Shown: positions 37,581 through 50,340, numbered from the whole stretch's first letter. The stretch is 63,739 nucleotides of DNA, filler included, from Octopus bimaculoides (GCF_001194135.2; 4 parts of 4 records of this genome joined end to end with filler, not necessarily neighbours in it), one strand, 5' to 3'. The notes: generated from the sequence alone by a model not told the origin. Numbers and translations: made by a program.

Positions 37581-38399
37581 GCATGGTGTATGTATGTGTG
37601 TGTGTGTGTTCCGAAGCCCGGAGGGTATGTATGTATATGTGTGTATATAGATATATATGCATGGTGTGTGTGTGTGTGTGTGTGTGTGTGCNNNNNNNNN
37701 NNNNNNNNNNNNNNNNNNNNNNNNNNNNNNNNNNNNNNNNNNNNNNNNNNNNNNNNNNNNNNNNNNNNNNNNNNNNNNNNNNNNNNNNNNNNNNNNNNNN
37801 NNNNNNNNNNNNNNNNNNNNNNNNNNNNNNNNNNNNNNNNNNNNNNNNNNNNNNNNNNNNNNNNNNNNNNNNNNNNNNNNNNNNNNNNNNNNNNNNNNNN
37901 NNNNNNNNNNNNNNNNNNNNNNNNNNNNNNNNNNNNNNNNNNNNNNNNNNNNNNNNNNNNNNNNNNNNNNNNNNNNNNNNNNNNNNNNNNNNNNNNNNNN
38001 NNNNNNNNNNNNNNNNNNNNNNNNNNNNNNNNNNNNNNNNNNNNNNNNNNNNNNNNNNNAAACATATTTCTATTATTTTATAAAATATTATTTTATGCAG
38101 TATTATATTTAAAAATTCTGTATTATATTATTCCATTTTTTGTTATTTTTTCATTTTATCTTTTTTAAAGTATTTGAATTTTCCAGTTATAGGTCAACCA
38201 AGTACGAACGCATTTAATGACGCAAGACAAACCGATTTGATGTAGTTTTATTGAACGCCTTTAAAATTTATGCTTTTGATTTTTTTTTTTCGCTTTTGAA
38301 TATTTTATTTTATTTTTTATTTTTATTTTTTGCTTGTCATGAAAGATGTGCTAGATTAGCAAAATAATAATTTGGGGATATATTTTTGATACTTTAAAT

Positions 38400-38460
38400 C
38401 AGTGGTTGCTAACCTTTTGTTTTTGTTAACGCCCCCCTTTTTAGTAGCTGTTATGCTTAA
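38400..38460 (+). mobile_element. Isolated hAT/Charlie-like terminal sequence
   Basis: cagtggttgctaacctttt resembles the CAGTGGTTCTCAACC TIR of Charlie-type elements; no matching right end found. Confidence 0.35.
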
Positions 38461-38729
38461 CGCCCTCTTAAGTGGCGAATGAGGTATCATAACTAAACTA
38501 ACTTAACATGGATGATAATTTATAAATTTTATTCAAAAAATGGATTGTATAAGTTTTTAACAGTGAAATGATAAAAAATTAATAAAGATATAAAAGTTGT
38601 AAATTTACTTTATATATTACAAATTTATGACTTCCCTGTGCCAGAAGGAATCTCATTTTATTTTCATGATCATTACTAGTTTTATTCTGTATAATATGAT
38701 TACAACTGCAGGTAAAACTTAGTATGTTA

Positions 38730-39270
38730 GTTATGTTACCTCACTCCCTAAAGCCTAGTGCTGCCTTCGAAATGCTCTGCGCCTCCTTGGGGGCGGTGCC
38801 GTCCACATCGGGAACTTCTACTTTCAATAATACCTGGTATGATGTATCCATCACAAGGCCCGATCTTTGTTGCGGTGTGGTGGCTGTGTGCCTCAGTGAC
38901 CCTAGGAGTTGTGATAGGGCAGCGTAAGCTCCCGAAAAGCATTCCGTGTTGGACAGATCAAAGGACAGAGGCTAGATTAATAAGAACCACTTCGTCTCAG
39001 AGGTAAAAATGGGTTTGCCCAGGACGAAAACGTCTGCTTAGAAAAAGGCAAAGTTATCGAAGCTTTGGTGACTGATCAAAACTAACAAGAGCTGGGAGAG
39101 GAAAGCCTTCTTCCGCAGGGAAAACACATGCAAGGAGGCGTGATTGTGAGGCAGCGCTGTAAAAACTGGGATCCAACTGCAGAGATGCATTAAAGACAGT
39201 TCAGAGTCGAGAATATCAAAGAAGAGTTGTCGATGGTCCAGTGGGATCAGGACTTAAGTGAAGCAAGTGG
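38730..39270. other. Unclassified GC-richer segment, probably TE-derived
   Basis: Abrupt GC increase over AT-rich flanks; no protein motif recognised in any frame. Confidence 0.3.
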
Positions 39271-39273
39271 TTC

Positions 39274-39464
39274 TGGGTAAAAGAAAATATAAGAGGATCA
39301 GTTAATTATGATTTTATTCAACATATTCCCCTCTCAGATTCACACACTTATTGCAGCGGTCCTTCAGTTTTTCTAAGCAATGTAAAAGAACTTGGAAGGT
39401 TTGGCCTCCATCCAGGCCTTTCACGATACCCTTAATGCCAAGAACTTTTCGGCACCCCGTCGTA
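39274..39464 (+). mobile_element. Mariner-type MITE, left TIR missing
   Basis: Aligns with 60162-60377; right TIR aatgccaagaacttttcggcaccccgtcg followed by TA. Confidence 0.85.
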
Positions 39465-41750
39465 TATCATATGTTGCTAGAGGGGTTATTAATATTCTAG
39501 ATGTTCACTTGTGAATTAAAATGCTGCTTTCTTTTCAAGTTTCGAGGACTTTGCGAAGCCCCGATGCCCTGCCAAGTAAAACTGTTTCCTCTCTACGCTT
39601 TATTTTCAATTTGTTTGCTCGTTGCACTCAGGGCAGCAACAATTATTGTTACTAAAAGCAACGAGCAGGCAAAATAGTTGGTGCGTCGGACAAAATGCTT
39701 TGAAACACTTCTTACAGCTCTTTATATTCTTCATAAATATACATTCTATATATTCAAAAGAAAAAAGAAAAAAACCCAAAACGAACAAACATAAACTCTA
39801 CGCCTTAGCAACGAAAGACAGCTGCGTTTGCGGCGTCTGTGTCATCCGGAAACTATAATCCCCTAAACATTTAATTAATCTGATTTGATTTTAGAATCTT
39901 TAAAAGGTTTCGATTTTCTTTCACTCCAGCAGATGGATCATTAAAGGTGTCACAGCTCGTAGGCATTTCCGAATTATGAAATCAGAACTAAATCTCTTAA
40001 ATTTTGATTTATTTAAAGAGTACACCTTTCATGACACTCTCGTATTTCTCGCTCGGTCAAACAAGACACATATTTTCTCTGTTCACGGCACTTTGTTTCT
40101 TTGTTTTCAGTGGGCTGGGAACAAAATATCTCATGTCAATGCGGTCATCATAGATTCACACCTCGCTCATGAGTTGTTATACAGGTTCATCAAACCTGGG
40201 GGTGTTTACTTAATGTCACAATACGTTTTACGAGCGACGAATTACAGGATTACTGAACAAATAGAATCAATTTAAGAAGCGGGTTTAGTGTTTGGTCTTC
40301 TGTGATATAGGCATGTCTTTGGTTAGTGCATAAGGAACTGTCTATTGCTACGTGTAGATTACATACATTGTACTATGGATTGTAGATTCTGGTTTGTGGA
40401 CTGAGTTCTATTGAGTGTGGTCTGTGGACTGTGAAAAAGGAGTTGTGGACTGTGGTTAGTTGTTTGTGGAGTGTATACCAGATCTGAGATCCTTAAGAAA
40501 TGCAAACACTTCAAGAAGTCTCTTTTGACATCTCAATGAAATTATATGGCCACCTGATTGGGCAGATTTACAATGCTGTAATACGTCATAAAAATGCATG
40601 TATGAACACAATTTGTCTTAGATATATTTTAATTTTTCAGAATTTGACCCATAATCCAGTCTTTTTCGTTTTCCGTGTTTTTAACCTTCCATGTTTTCTA
40701 TATGCTGTCTTCTCAGCTTTTTCGCGTTTCTTTTTAGTCGATCATGATATGTGGTTTGTTCCTGATGAATATGTTTAACATATTTCTCAACATATGAAAC
40801 TATTAGTAGCACTTAAACACACACACACAAGTATACACACAGCACCGACAACAAGAGAAACGATGTTAAATGAAGAATGAAGAAAACATACACATTTGCC
40901 TGCTTATTTCTTATTAAACCGTGGTTACAAAAGTCAGACGATATTCGTGAAAGAGAATCTAAATTTATGAAACATAATCTTGATCATGTGACTGTGGTGG
41001 TATGAGATTCAATGAGCTAACAACCGAACCTAATATACACCCACATCTATGTATATACATTCATATATCTACATACATAGATGTAGGCATATACACCTAT
41101 ATACGTTTTATATACATGCTAATACTTATACATTATATAAATACATGTGTTTATATATCTCTAAGTGTATATATGTATGTGTGTGTATATATAAGCATAT
41201 AGATATATGCATATATAATTGTATATGCATAAAATATGTATATATATGTGTGTATATATATTATATAATATATATAATTATACACACACACACATATATA
41301 TATATGTATATGTATATAAAAGAGAGTATATAAATGGGAATGGAACAAGGAATTATGTAATGATCTTCATTAGCTTACAACTGTTTCTGCTAAAAATATG
41401 CAATGCACTCATAGTTAGGTGTTTGTGTATCACCTTATAGCTTCGTCAGAGCTTCAAAGATGAAGTGCAATTATCTAAATCTACATATTTCTGTGAGTCA
41501 CTTTTTACCCTTCAAACTCAACCCTATATTTCGTACATTTCTCTGTTCTTCTTTTGTTTTTTCTTTCGGTGATAATTTTTTCTATACACATAAGGTGATA
41601 TAAACGCACACAACTAGGAGAGCATGCCGTTTTACAGCTGAAACAGCTGTCAGCTAACGAAATTCATTACATAATTTCTTGTTCTTTATCGTTTATACAA
41701 TTCTTTATTACACTCCATACTCGAAAGCACACATACATATATATATATAA

Positions 41751-42064
41751 GGCGGCGAGCTGTCAGAAACGTTAGCGCGCCGGGCGAAATGCTTAGCGGT
41801 ATTTCGTGTGCCGTTCCGTTCTGAGTTCAAATCCCGTCGAGCTCGACTTAGCCTTTCATCCTTCGGGATCGATAAAATTAAGTACCAGTTACGCACTGGG
41901 GTCGATGTAATCGACTTAATCCCTTTGTCTGTCCTTGTTTGTCCCCTCTGTGTTTAGCCCCCTGTGGGCAATAAAGAAATGAGAAACGTTAGCATGCCGG
42001 GCGAAATGCTTAGTGGCATTTCGTTTCTCCTTTCGTTCTGAGTTCAAATCCTGTCGAGATCGAT
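41751..42064 (+). mobile_element. Head-to-tail family A dimer (A1 monomer + second monomer starting at agaaacgttagc), runs into a gap
   Basis: A1 41751-41980, then gagaaacgttagcatgccgggcgaaatgcttag..gagttcaaatcc. Confidence 0.9.
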
Positions 42065-42575
42065 NNNNNNNNNNNNNNNNNNNNNNNNNNNNNNNNNNNN
42101 NNNNNNNNNNNNNNNNNNNNNNNNNNNNNNNNNNNNNNNNNNNNNNNNNNNNNNNNNNNNNNNNNNNNNNNNNNNNNNNNNNNNNNNNNNNNNNNNNNNN
42201 NNNNNNNNNNNNNNNNNNNNNNNNNNNNNNNNNNNNNNNNNNNNNNNNNNNNNNNNNNNNNNNNNNNNNNNNNNNNNNNNNNNNNNNNNNNNNNNNNNNN
42301 NNNNNNNNNNNNNNNNNNNNNNNNNNNNNNNNNNNNNNNNNNNNNNNNNNNNNNNNNNNNNNNNNNNNNNNNNNNNNNNNNNNNNNNNNNNNNNNNNNNN
42401 NNNNNNNNNNNNNNNNNNNNNNNNNNNNNNNNNNNNNNNNNNNNNNNNNNNNNNNNNNNNNNNNNNNNNNNNNNNNNNNNNNNNNNNNNNNNNNNNNNNN
42501 NNNNNNNNNNNNNNNNNNNNNNNNNNNNNNNNNNNNNNNNNNNNNNNNNNNNNNNNNNNNNNNNNNNNNNNNNNN

Positions 42576-42607
<32 letters not shown>

Positions 42608-42913
42608 GTAGACAGATACTGTTGACAATCCAATAATTTATTTATATTATAATTTTACATGATATACACCTCTTTGAAGGATTTCTTTTCAACAGTTTGT
42701 TATATATATGTGTGTGTGTGAAATTTCTGTAGCAAAATCTTGTGTCCAACTAAAACCTAATTTCATATTTTTTCTTCTTAAGAATCTCATAATATGTATG
42801 AGTTTTGGGAAATAAACTATAGATATTTACTAACCGCAATAAAATCTTAGTAATGATTATACGCACTTTAGGACTGAGCTGGGCATTAAACCATGCTAGT
42901 TATTATTATTATT

Positions 42914-43394
42914 GAGTGAGAGAGCAGCGCATGCCTTCAAAGTGGAACTGGGGTACAAATATACGAAGCCCAGTGTACCCATCATGACTACCCGTTCGAT
43001 AAGGGCACACCAGGCACATGCATCCCAACCATATGTGTGTGACATGGTGATCTGATATCAAGATAAACAGCACGTGACGTTGCAGGTGGGGCCCAGTTGA
43101 GTAGTCCATCCCGCACAAATGGTCTCTGAATCAGGGTTGTGTAAGGATGATGAACAAAACACCCATGTTTCCAGAGGTGAATTATTCAAACCCCAAAGAA
43201 TTCCTCTCAATACATGGCTGTGATGCTCCCCCACTACTTCTGCTCATGATCAGAGATGCACATATCGTCAGCCACTAAGGGACATGCTCAACTGGTTAAG
43301 GTCAAATTACTGACAAGCATATCTGTGGTATTGAGCAGAATATTTGCTGTAGCCCATCTTTGTATACCAAGACAAAACAGTGTACATGATAACA
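42914..43394 (-). mobile_element. Family F repeat, 5'-truncated, with (TTA)n on both sides
   Basis: Reverse complement aligns with about 1665-2161; ttattattattatt at 42900-42913 and 43395-43408. Confidence 0.85.
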
Positions 43395-43410
43395 TTATTA
43401 TTATTATTAA

Positions 43411-43662
43411 GGCGGTGAGGTAACAGAATCATTAGCACGCCGGACAAAATCGGTTGTCAAGCGATGGTGAGGGACACAGACACACAATAACACAAACACA
43501 CATATAACACAGGCTTCTTTCAGTTTCCGTCTACCAAATCCACTCACAAGGCTTTGGTCGGCCCGAGGCTATAGTAGAAGATACTTGCTATCCAATGTGC
43601 CACGCAGTGAGACTCAACCCAGAGCCATGTAGCTGGAAAGGAAGCTTCTTACCACATAGCCA
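43411..43662. mobile_element. Family A head fragment (+, 43411-43449) abutting family B 5' half (-, 43449-43662)
   Basis: ggcggtgaggtaacagaatcattagcacgccggacaaaat, then cggttgtcaagcgatgg..ggcttctttcagtttccgtctacc..accacatagcca. Confidence 0.8.
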
Positions 43663-43759
43663 ATCTCCAGTGTTGCCACAGCTTTAGGACTGAAATGTAT
43701 AAGAGAATAAGATTTTCAAGACGAAAAATATTAAATCTAAGTTGTAGTTGTACACAAAA

Positions 43760-43961
43760 TTTGGCACAAGGCCAGCAATTTCAGGAGATGAAATAAGTCA
43801 ATTTCTTCGACCCCAGAGTTCAACTGGTACTTAATATATCGACCCTGAAAGAATGAAAGGCAAAGTCAACCTTGGCGGAATTTGAACGCAGAATGTAAAG
43901 ACAGACGAAATGACGCAAAGCATATTTCCCGGCGTACGAACGATTGTGCCAGATCGCCACT
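43760..43961 (-). mobile_element. SINE family A (A2 tail), diverged
   Basis: Head, B box gcgttcaaattcc and body cctttcattctttcagggtcgatatattaagtaccag are all recognisable. Confidence 0.8.
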
Positions 43962-44009
43962 TTATAAATTGTTAATATTAAAGCCTAATGCAGCTGTGTG
44001 TGTGTGTGT

Positions 44010-44045
<36 letters not shown>

Positions 44046-45254
44046 ATGTATATATATACATACATACACACATATATATATATATATATGATATTATTAT
44101 TATTATTTAAAATATTTTGATTCCACTCCATGCGACTTACATACTCTCACACATTATGTATGAATGGCTGTATATGTGTGCATAAGTTTGTATATGTGTG
44201 TGTGTGTTTGCGTGTGTTTATGACAAGTGCAGACCTCCTTCAGTTCTGGTTCAAATCCAGGTGACTCCAGTTTAATTTATTGTCCCAAGTACCCACCCAG
44301 TTCGGTGCAGTCATTGAAGCTGTTGTAGCTATCCAGTAAATCAAATCTATGAGTCGCATCATATTACACCCGGCATGTATGGACCCTGGGTGTGTTGGCT
44401 GGCGGCGACGATGGCGGTGGTGGTGGTGGCGGTGGCGGTAGTGGCGGCAGGGAGGGGCGTGGGTCAGAAATATTTCAGCCCGACCCTCCCACCTCTCTAC
44501 TCCTAACCGAACCTTCTCATCTCACCTGATTCAATGACAGATATAAAATGAAGGTAATACNNNNNNNNNNNNNNNNNNNNNNNNNNNNNNNNNNNNNNNN
44601 NNNNNNNNNNNNNNNNNNNNNNNNNNNNNNNNNNNNNNNNNNNNNNNNNNNTATATATATATACATATTCACAAACACATAAACGTACATGCCTCACACA
44701 CACACATATGTACATATATATGTGTGTATATATATATGAATATATATGTGTATATATATGTATATGCATGAATGTATATGTATGAATGTGTATATATAGA
44801 TAGATAGATATAAACACAAAGTCGTAAAAATATAGATAATCACTTATATGCGGATAAAAATTCGTACACACACAGACACACACACACACACACGCTAACA
44901 CGTTTCATATACACGCGCATACACACGCACAGAAATAGAATATATAAATGGTATTGTCATATATTTACTTATATAGATATCTAGTGATAGAGAGAGAGAG
45001 AGATACAGAGAGACGGACAGATTGTCAAACAGGCACACAGACATGCACACACGCGCTCATATAATATGTTCATATATAGATGTGTGTGTGTGTATGTGCG
45101 TGTTTGTATGCATGTATATATATATATAGAAGCACACATTTACACAGATATATATATGTGTGTGTGTGTGTGTGTGTAGAAAGTGAGAAAGAGAGAGAGA
45201 AGGGCAGAGAGAAAAAGATATATATATGTATGTATGTATGTATATATATATATG

Positions 45255-45301
<47 letters not shown>

Positions 45302-45866
45302 NNNNNNNNNNNNNNNNNNNNNNNNNNNNNNNNNNNNNNNNNNNNNNNNNNNNNNNNNNNNNNNNNNNNNNNNNNNNNNNNNNNNNNNNNNNNNNNNNNN
45401 NNNNNNNNNNNNNNNNNNNNNNNNNNNNNNNNNNNNNNNNNNNNNNNNNNNNNNNNNNNNNNNNNNNNNNNNNNNNNNNNNNNNNNNNNNNNNNNNNNNN
45501 NNNNNNNNNNNNNNNNNNNNNNNNNNNNNNNNNNNNNNNNNNNNNNNNNNNNNNNNNNNNNNNNNNNNNNNNNNNNNNNNNNNNNNNNNNNNNNNNNNNN
45601 NNNNNNNNNNNNNNNNNNNNNNNNNNNNNNNNNNNNNNNNNNNNNNNNNNNNNNNNNNNNNNNNNNNNNNNNNNNNNNNNNNNNNNNNNNNNNNNNNNNN
45701 NNNNNNNNNNNNNNNNNNNNNNNNNNNNNNNNNNNNNNNNNNNNNNNNNNNNNNNNNNNNNNNNNNNNNNNNNNNNNNNNNNNNNNNNNNNNNNNNNNNN
45801 NNNNNNNNNNNNNNNNNNNNNNNNNNNNNNNNNACGTTGGTCCGTCGCTGGTTTATTTATTTATTT

Positions 45867-45996
45867 TTTTTTGCCAGGTGAGTAGACTGGGACAACGTGA
45901 AATGAAGCGTTTTGCTCAAGGACACAACGCGTCGCCTGATCCAGGAAGCGAAACCGTTATCTTACGATCATGAGTCCAACACCTTAACCCCTAAGC
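45867..45996 (-). mobile_element. SINE family D head + CORE-like block
   Basis: Reverse gives gcttagggttaaggtgttggactcatgatcgtaag..gtgtccttgagcaaaacgcttcatttcacgttgtcccagtc. Confidence 0.8.
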
Positions 45997-46039
45997 GGAA
46001 TTTGAACTCAGAACGTAAAGGCAGGCATCCAAAGAAATA

Positions 46040-46440
46040 AATAAACAAACAAACAAACAAACAAAAACAAAGAATGAAAGAATTGAAGAAAGAAGGAAAG
46101 AAACAAACAAACAAACAAGCAATGAATGAAAGAATGACGAAAAGAAAGAAAGAAACAAACAATGAAAGAATTAACGAAAAAAGAAAAGAAACAAACAAAG
46201 AATGAAAGAATTGAAGAAAGAAGGAAAGAAAGAAACAAACAAACAAACAAGCAATGAATGAAAGAATGACGGAAAGAAAGAAAGAAACAGTCAATGAAGG
46301 AATTAACGAAAGAAGAAAAGAAACAAACAAAGAATGAAAGAAAGAAAAAAGGAAACAAATAAACAATGAAAGAATTAAAGAAAGATGAAAAGAAAGAAAG
46401 AAAGGAGGAAAGAAGGAAAGAAAGGAAAAAGAAAGGAAGG
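46040..46440. repeat. Purine-rich (AAAC/AAAG/AATG) compound repeat with ~130-bp higher-order units
   Basis: acaaagaatgaaag recurs at 46067, 46195 and 46327 with matching intervening sequence. Confidence 0.85.
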
Positions 46441-46788
46441 AAGATGCCCGTAAAATAGGTACCAGGCTTTAAATTCTAGCATTTCCTAGAATCGAAACCG
46501 GACATTTTAAAACAAATGAATTCCATTGAAATTATTTATTCGAATCTGGCCCGAATGATTGCATAAAACTCGACCAAACCCTTCAAGTCCGTGCCCCAGC
46601 ATGGCCGCATCTTAATGGCTGAGACAAGTAAAAGAATGAAGGATTGTTCCTGCATCTCTACGTATGCCGTTGGCCATGCATCCGTGTAAAGTTATTCGTC
46701 AGACACGCAAGACGAAATGTACTCAAGTATTGGGAGAACATGAAACCCCGCTCACGACCACCACCGCAAAAAATATAGACTCCCTTTC

Positions 46789-46986
46789 CTCTTTTGCTTG
46801 TTTCAGTCATTTGACTGCGGCCATGCAGGAGCACCGCCTTTTAGTCGAACAAATCGACCCCAGGACTTATTTTTTGGAAGCCTAGTACTTATTCTATCGG
46901 CGTCTTTTGCTGAACCACTACGTTACGGGGACATAAACACACCAACATCGGTTGTCAAGCGATGGTGGGAGAACAAACACAGACAC

Positions 46987-47061
<75 letters not shown>

Positions 47062-47201
47062 GACGGGCTTCTTTCAGTTTCCACTCACAAGGCTTTGGTC
47101 GGCTCGAGGCTATAGTACAAGATACTTGCCCAAGGTACCACGCAGTGGGAGTGAATCCAGAACCTTGTGGTTTGGAAGCAAGCTTCTTACCACACAGCTA
47201 C
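46789..47201 (-). mobile_element. SINE family B, full length with internal (CA)/(TA) microsatellite
   Basis: All modules of 60774-61172 are present in reverse. Short B 3'-end fragments also occur at 12191-12232, 46578-46640 and 47603-47664 (+). Confidence 0.9.
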
Positions 47202-47486
47202 GGTCATTGGGATTGCCCCTAGAAAGTTCCCCTGCAGAGCACATGTCCGGGCAAGGTTGTTTATGGAAGACCAACGGTCACCCATGCATACCAGCCTTCC
47301 TTCTCCACGCCACTGATGTTATCCAAGGGAAAGGCAAAGGGGCCGAATAAAGTTTGGCACCACTGACGTCACAACTAATTTCTACAGATTAGTAAACTGG
47401 AGCAACGTGGGAATAAAGTGTCTTGCTCAAAAACACAACACACAGCCCGGCCCGGCCCGGCCCGGCCCGGCCCGGGAATCGAACTT
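47202..47486 (-). mobile_element. SINE family D (CORE-like) with a different tail (U) and a (GGCCC)6 expansion
   Basis: B box gttcgattccc, then (gggcc)6, core ttgagcaagacactttatt..cacgttgctccag, and tail ..gtgacgtcagtggtgccaaac..ctttctaggggcaatcccaatgacc unrelated to tail T. Confidence 0.8.
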
Positions 47487-48412
47487 ATTCTGTCGGTCTC
47501 ATTTATCGAATCGCTATGTTACAGATTTAAACAATATAACACTGGTTGTGAAACGGGAAGGTGGGAGACACGCTCGCGAGCACTGGAGGCGTTTTGTTCC
47601 ACTAAAACCTTCAATGTATTGCTCCAGCGTGACCGCAGTCCAATGACTGAAACAAGTAAAAGATGAAACCTAAATGAAATGCCCTGTCCGACGCCTTAAC
47701 GATTCTACGCTTTCGCCACCCATTTATGAAAATGATACTTTCTCTTGTGTCGTCTGTATTAAGTCTCAAAGCGAAATATAGGTTGAATAACTGAAATTAA
47801 GTGTTCAACAGTGTTGATTCTATTTTTACATCATGTGTAGACATGCGTTTCGATATCTTTGTACCTCATCAGTACAACTCACAGATAATTATATTCCTAT
47901 TATTAGTAAATTTAAAACAAAATTATGTTTTCAAACTAATGTATAAACCATAAAGGTTCATATTACTGAATTAGGAGAAAAGTGGCAAGGGAGAAAGAGA
48001 GAGAAAGAGAGAGAGAGAGAGAGAGCGAAGGGAGAGAAAAAGGGAGTGAGAGAGAAAGAGAGAAGGGAGAGAAAGATATATATGGAGAGAGATTGGGGTC
48101 GACACTGTACCAAATAACTCTATATGAAATAAATTTCTTGTGCGGTTTTTCAAAAACAATAATTCATTTTTAAACTAAATTTAATTTTACCGCCCGTTAT
48201 TGAGTCATCATATCTCATTCTTCACGCACACAACACACACACACACGTGCGCACGTGCACACACACAGAGATATGTACGTCTGTGTACATATATAATATA
48301 TACGTACAAGCACATTTTATATATGTAAATGTATATATATACATGTAAATATATATATATATATATATATATAGACATACATATAATGTACATGTATATA
48401 TANNNNNNNNNN

Positions 48413-48452
<40 letters not shown>

Positions 48453-48762
48453 TACATACACACATGCTTAGATACAGATACACATATATATATATCTCGG
48501 TTTTAATTTAATTGTGTTTAAAAATATTTTTGCCTTCATAGACTTATTTTAGATTTAGCCGATGGAAGTCTGAATATCGCCTGATGAAATGGCGTGGTTA
48601 AGAATAAAGCGAAATTATGTAATGTTATGTAATTATTATACATTTCTAAATAACCACGCTATTGAACGCGTAATTTGATATTTTGAACAGTTCTTTCTTA
48701 TTTGTTTACAAACACACACACACATACACACACANNNNNNNNNNTTTTTTAAATGCTAGCCA

Positions 48763-48806
<44 letters not shown>

Positions 48807-48939
48807 ATATATGAATATATATTTGCGCATGTATTAACATACATAGATATGCATACATTGGTATATATATGTATATAAATACACACACACACACACACAC
48901 TGAGCGTGCCCATGCACACACATATTTCTATATAAAAAC

Positions 48940-49153
48940 GGCAGCGAGATGGCGGAATCGCTTGAACGCGGGGTGAAATGATTAGCGGTATTTCGTCTGT
49001 CTTTACGTTCTGAGTTCAAATTCCGCCGAAGTCGACTTTGCCTTTCATCCTTTTGGGGGTCGATAAATTAAGTACCAGCTGCGTACTGGGGTCGATCTAA
49101 TCGACTAGCCGCCCATTCCCCGAAAATTTCAGGCCTTATGCCTAGAGTAGAAA
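48940..49153 (+). mobile_element. SINE family A (A2 tail), full length
   Basis: ggcagcgagatggcggaatcg..gagttcaaattccgccg..cctttcatcc..ggggtcgataaattaagtaccag..tttcaggccttatgcctagagtagaa. Confidence 0.9.
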
Positions 49154-50081
49154 TATATATATATATAAATGATAGCGACTTCAGATTTCCTTTGTGTAAA
49201 CTTCCCACCCGCTCTCAAAACGTACACTTACGCCTGCAAAATACCCGAACCACCCCACAAACCATCTCACTCCCAGCTAAATACTTTATATTATCTGTGT
49301 CTAGCCCTTCACCCTCCAGTTCCACCTCTCATCTAACAATATTTGTCCCGAGGTGAGAGAAAAAGATAGCAAAAAATATACCCAACACGATCTGTCTTCC
49401 ATTGAGAGAGAAAAAAAAAAAAAAAAACATATACGCTGAAAAACGAAAGACGAAATATGAGAGATCGAATGATCCCTAAGAAGTGAGAATCAGCGAATTA
49501 GAAAAAAAAAAGGGGGACACTCCTACATCTTTCAAACAGAAATATGAAAGAAAACCCTATGATACCCTACCAATCTGTGTCTCACTATGTTCTCACCTCG
49601 ATTTCAAAGATGGAGGAGTCGAGACGTCAATCTGTGTTTTGAACGAACCAGTGGCCTTACTTACCACTGCGCTTCGCTAGGTATGGATGTATGGATGAAT
49701 GGATGGATGGATGGATGGGTGGATGTATGCTTGTATGTATGGATATATGAATGCATGTCTGGGTATGTATGTGCGTATGCATATATGTATGTATGTATAG
49801 ATGCACATGTATGTATGTATGAATGCATGTATGCATATACATATGTGTGTATAGATGAGCTCATACACACGCGCGCGCGCACACACACACATGTGTGCAT
49901 TTCGTGTGCATATAGTAATATGCACGCACCCATGTACGTGTGCGCACACACAAACATACATATAAAAACAGACACTCACACACATATTTCATGGAACATG
50001 CATTTTGCTTTACGGCTAAATAATCAACAAATCTTCCCATGAATATCTATCTATCTATCTATCTATCTGTTTATTTATTTT

Positions 50082-50125
<44 letters not shown>

Positions 50126-50135
50126 NNNNNNNNNN

Positions 50136-50177
<42 letters not shown>

Positions 50178-50300
50178 TCATGAATATGTTCATATATACA
50201 TATATAATATATATACATAGACGCATGTATATAGATATACACGCATGCGTACACATATTCAAGTGTTTGTGTGTGTGTCTGTGTGTGTCTGTGTGTGTCT

Positions 50301-50340
<40 letters not shown>

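Noticed and set aside
37479-37691. CRISPR-like repeat-spacer appearance
   Set aside because: Only two repeats, spacers are microsatellites, no cas genes, eukaryotic context.
44270-44330. LG.TWDNKLNWSH on the - strand, like the LINE LG...D.kL.w..H motif
   Set aside because: Needs a frameshift and is too short to support a call.
48581-48620. CTGATGA..GAAA hammerhead-like spacing
   Set aside because: No stem II pairing and no stem I complement.
49590-49680. tRNA-like or mini-exon-like segment on the - strand (gcgcagtggtaag..gtctcgactcc; GTAAGT and GTGAGA donors)
   Set aside because: No coherent cloverleaf, weak acceptor and no recognisable peptide; cannot be distinguished from a decayed SINE head.
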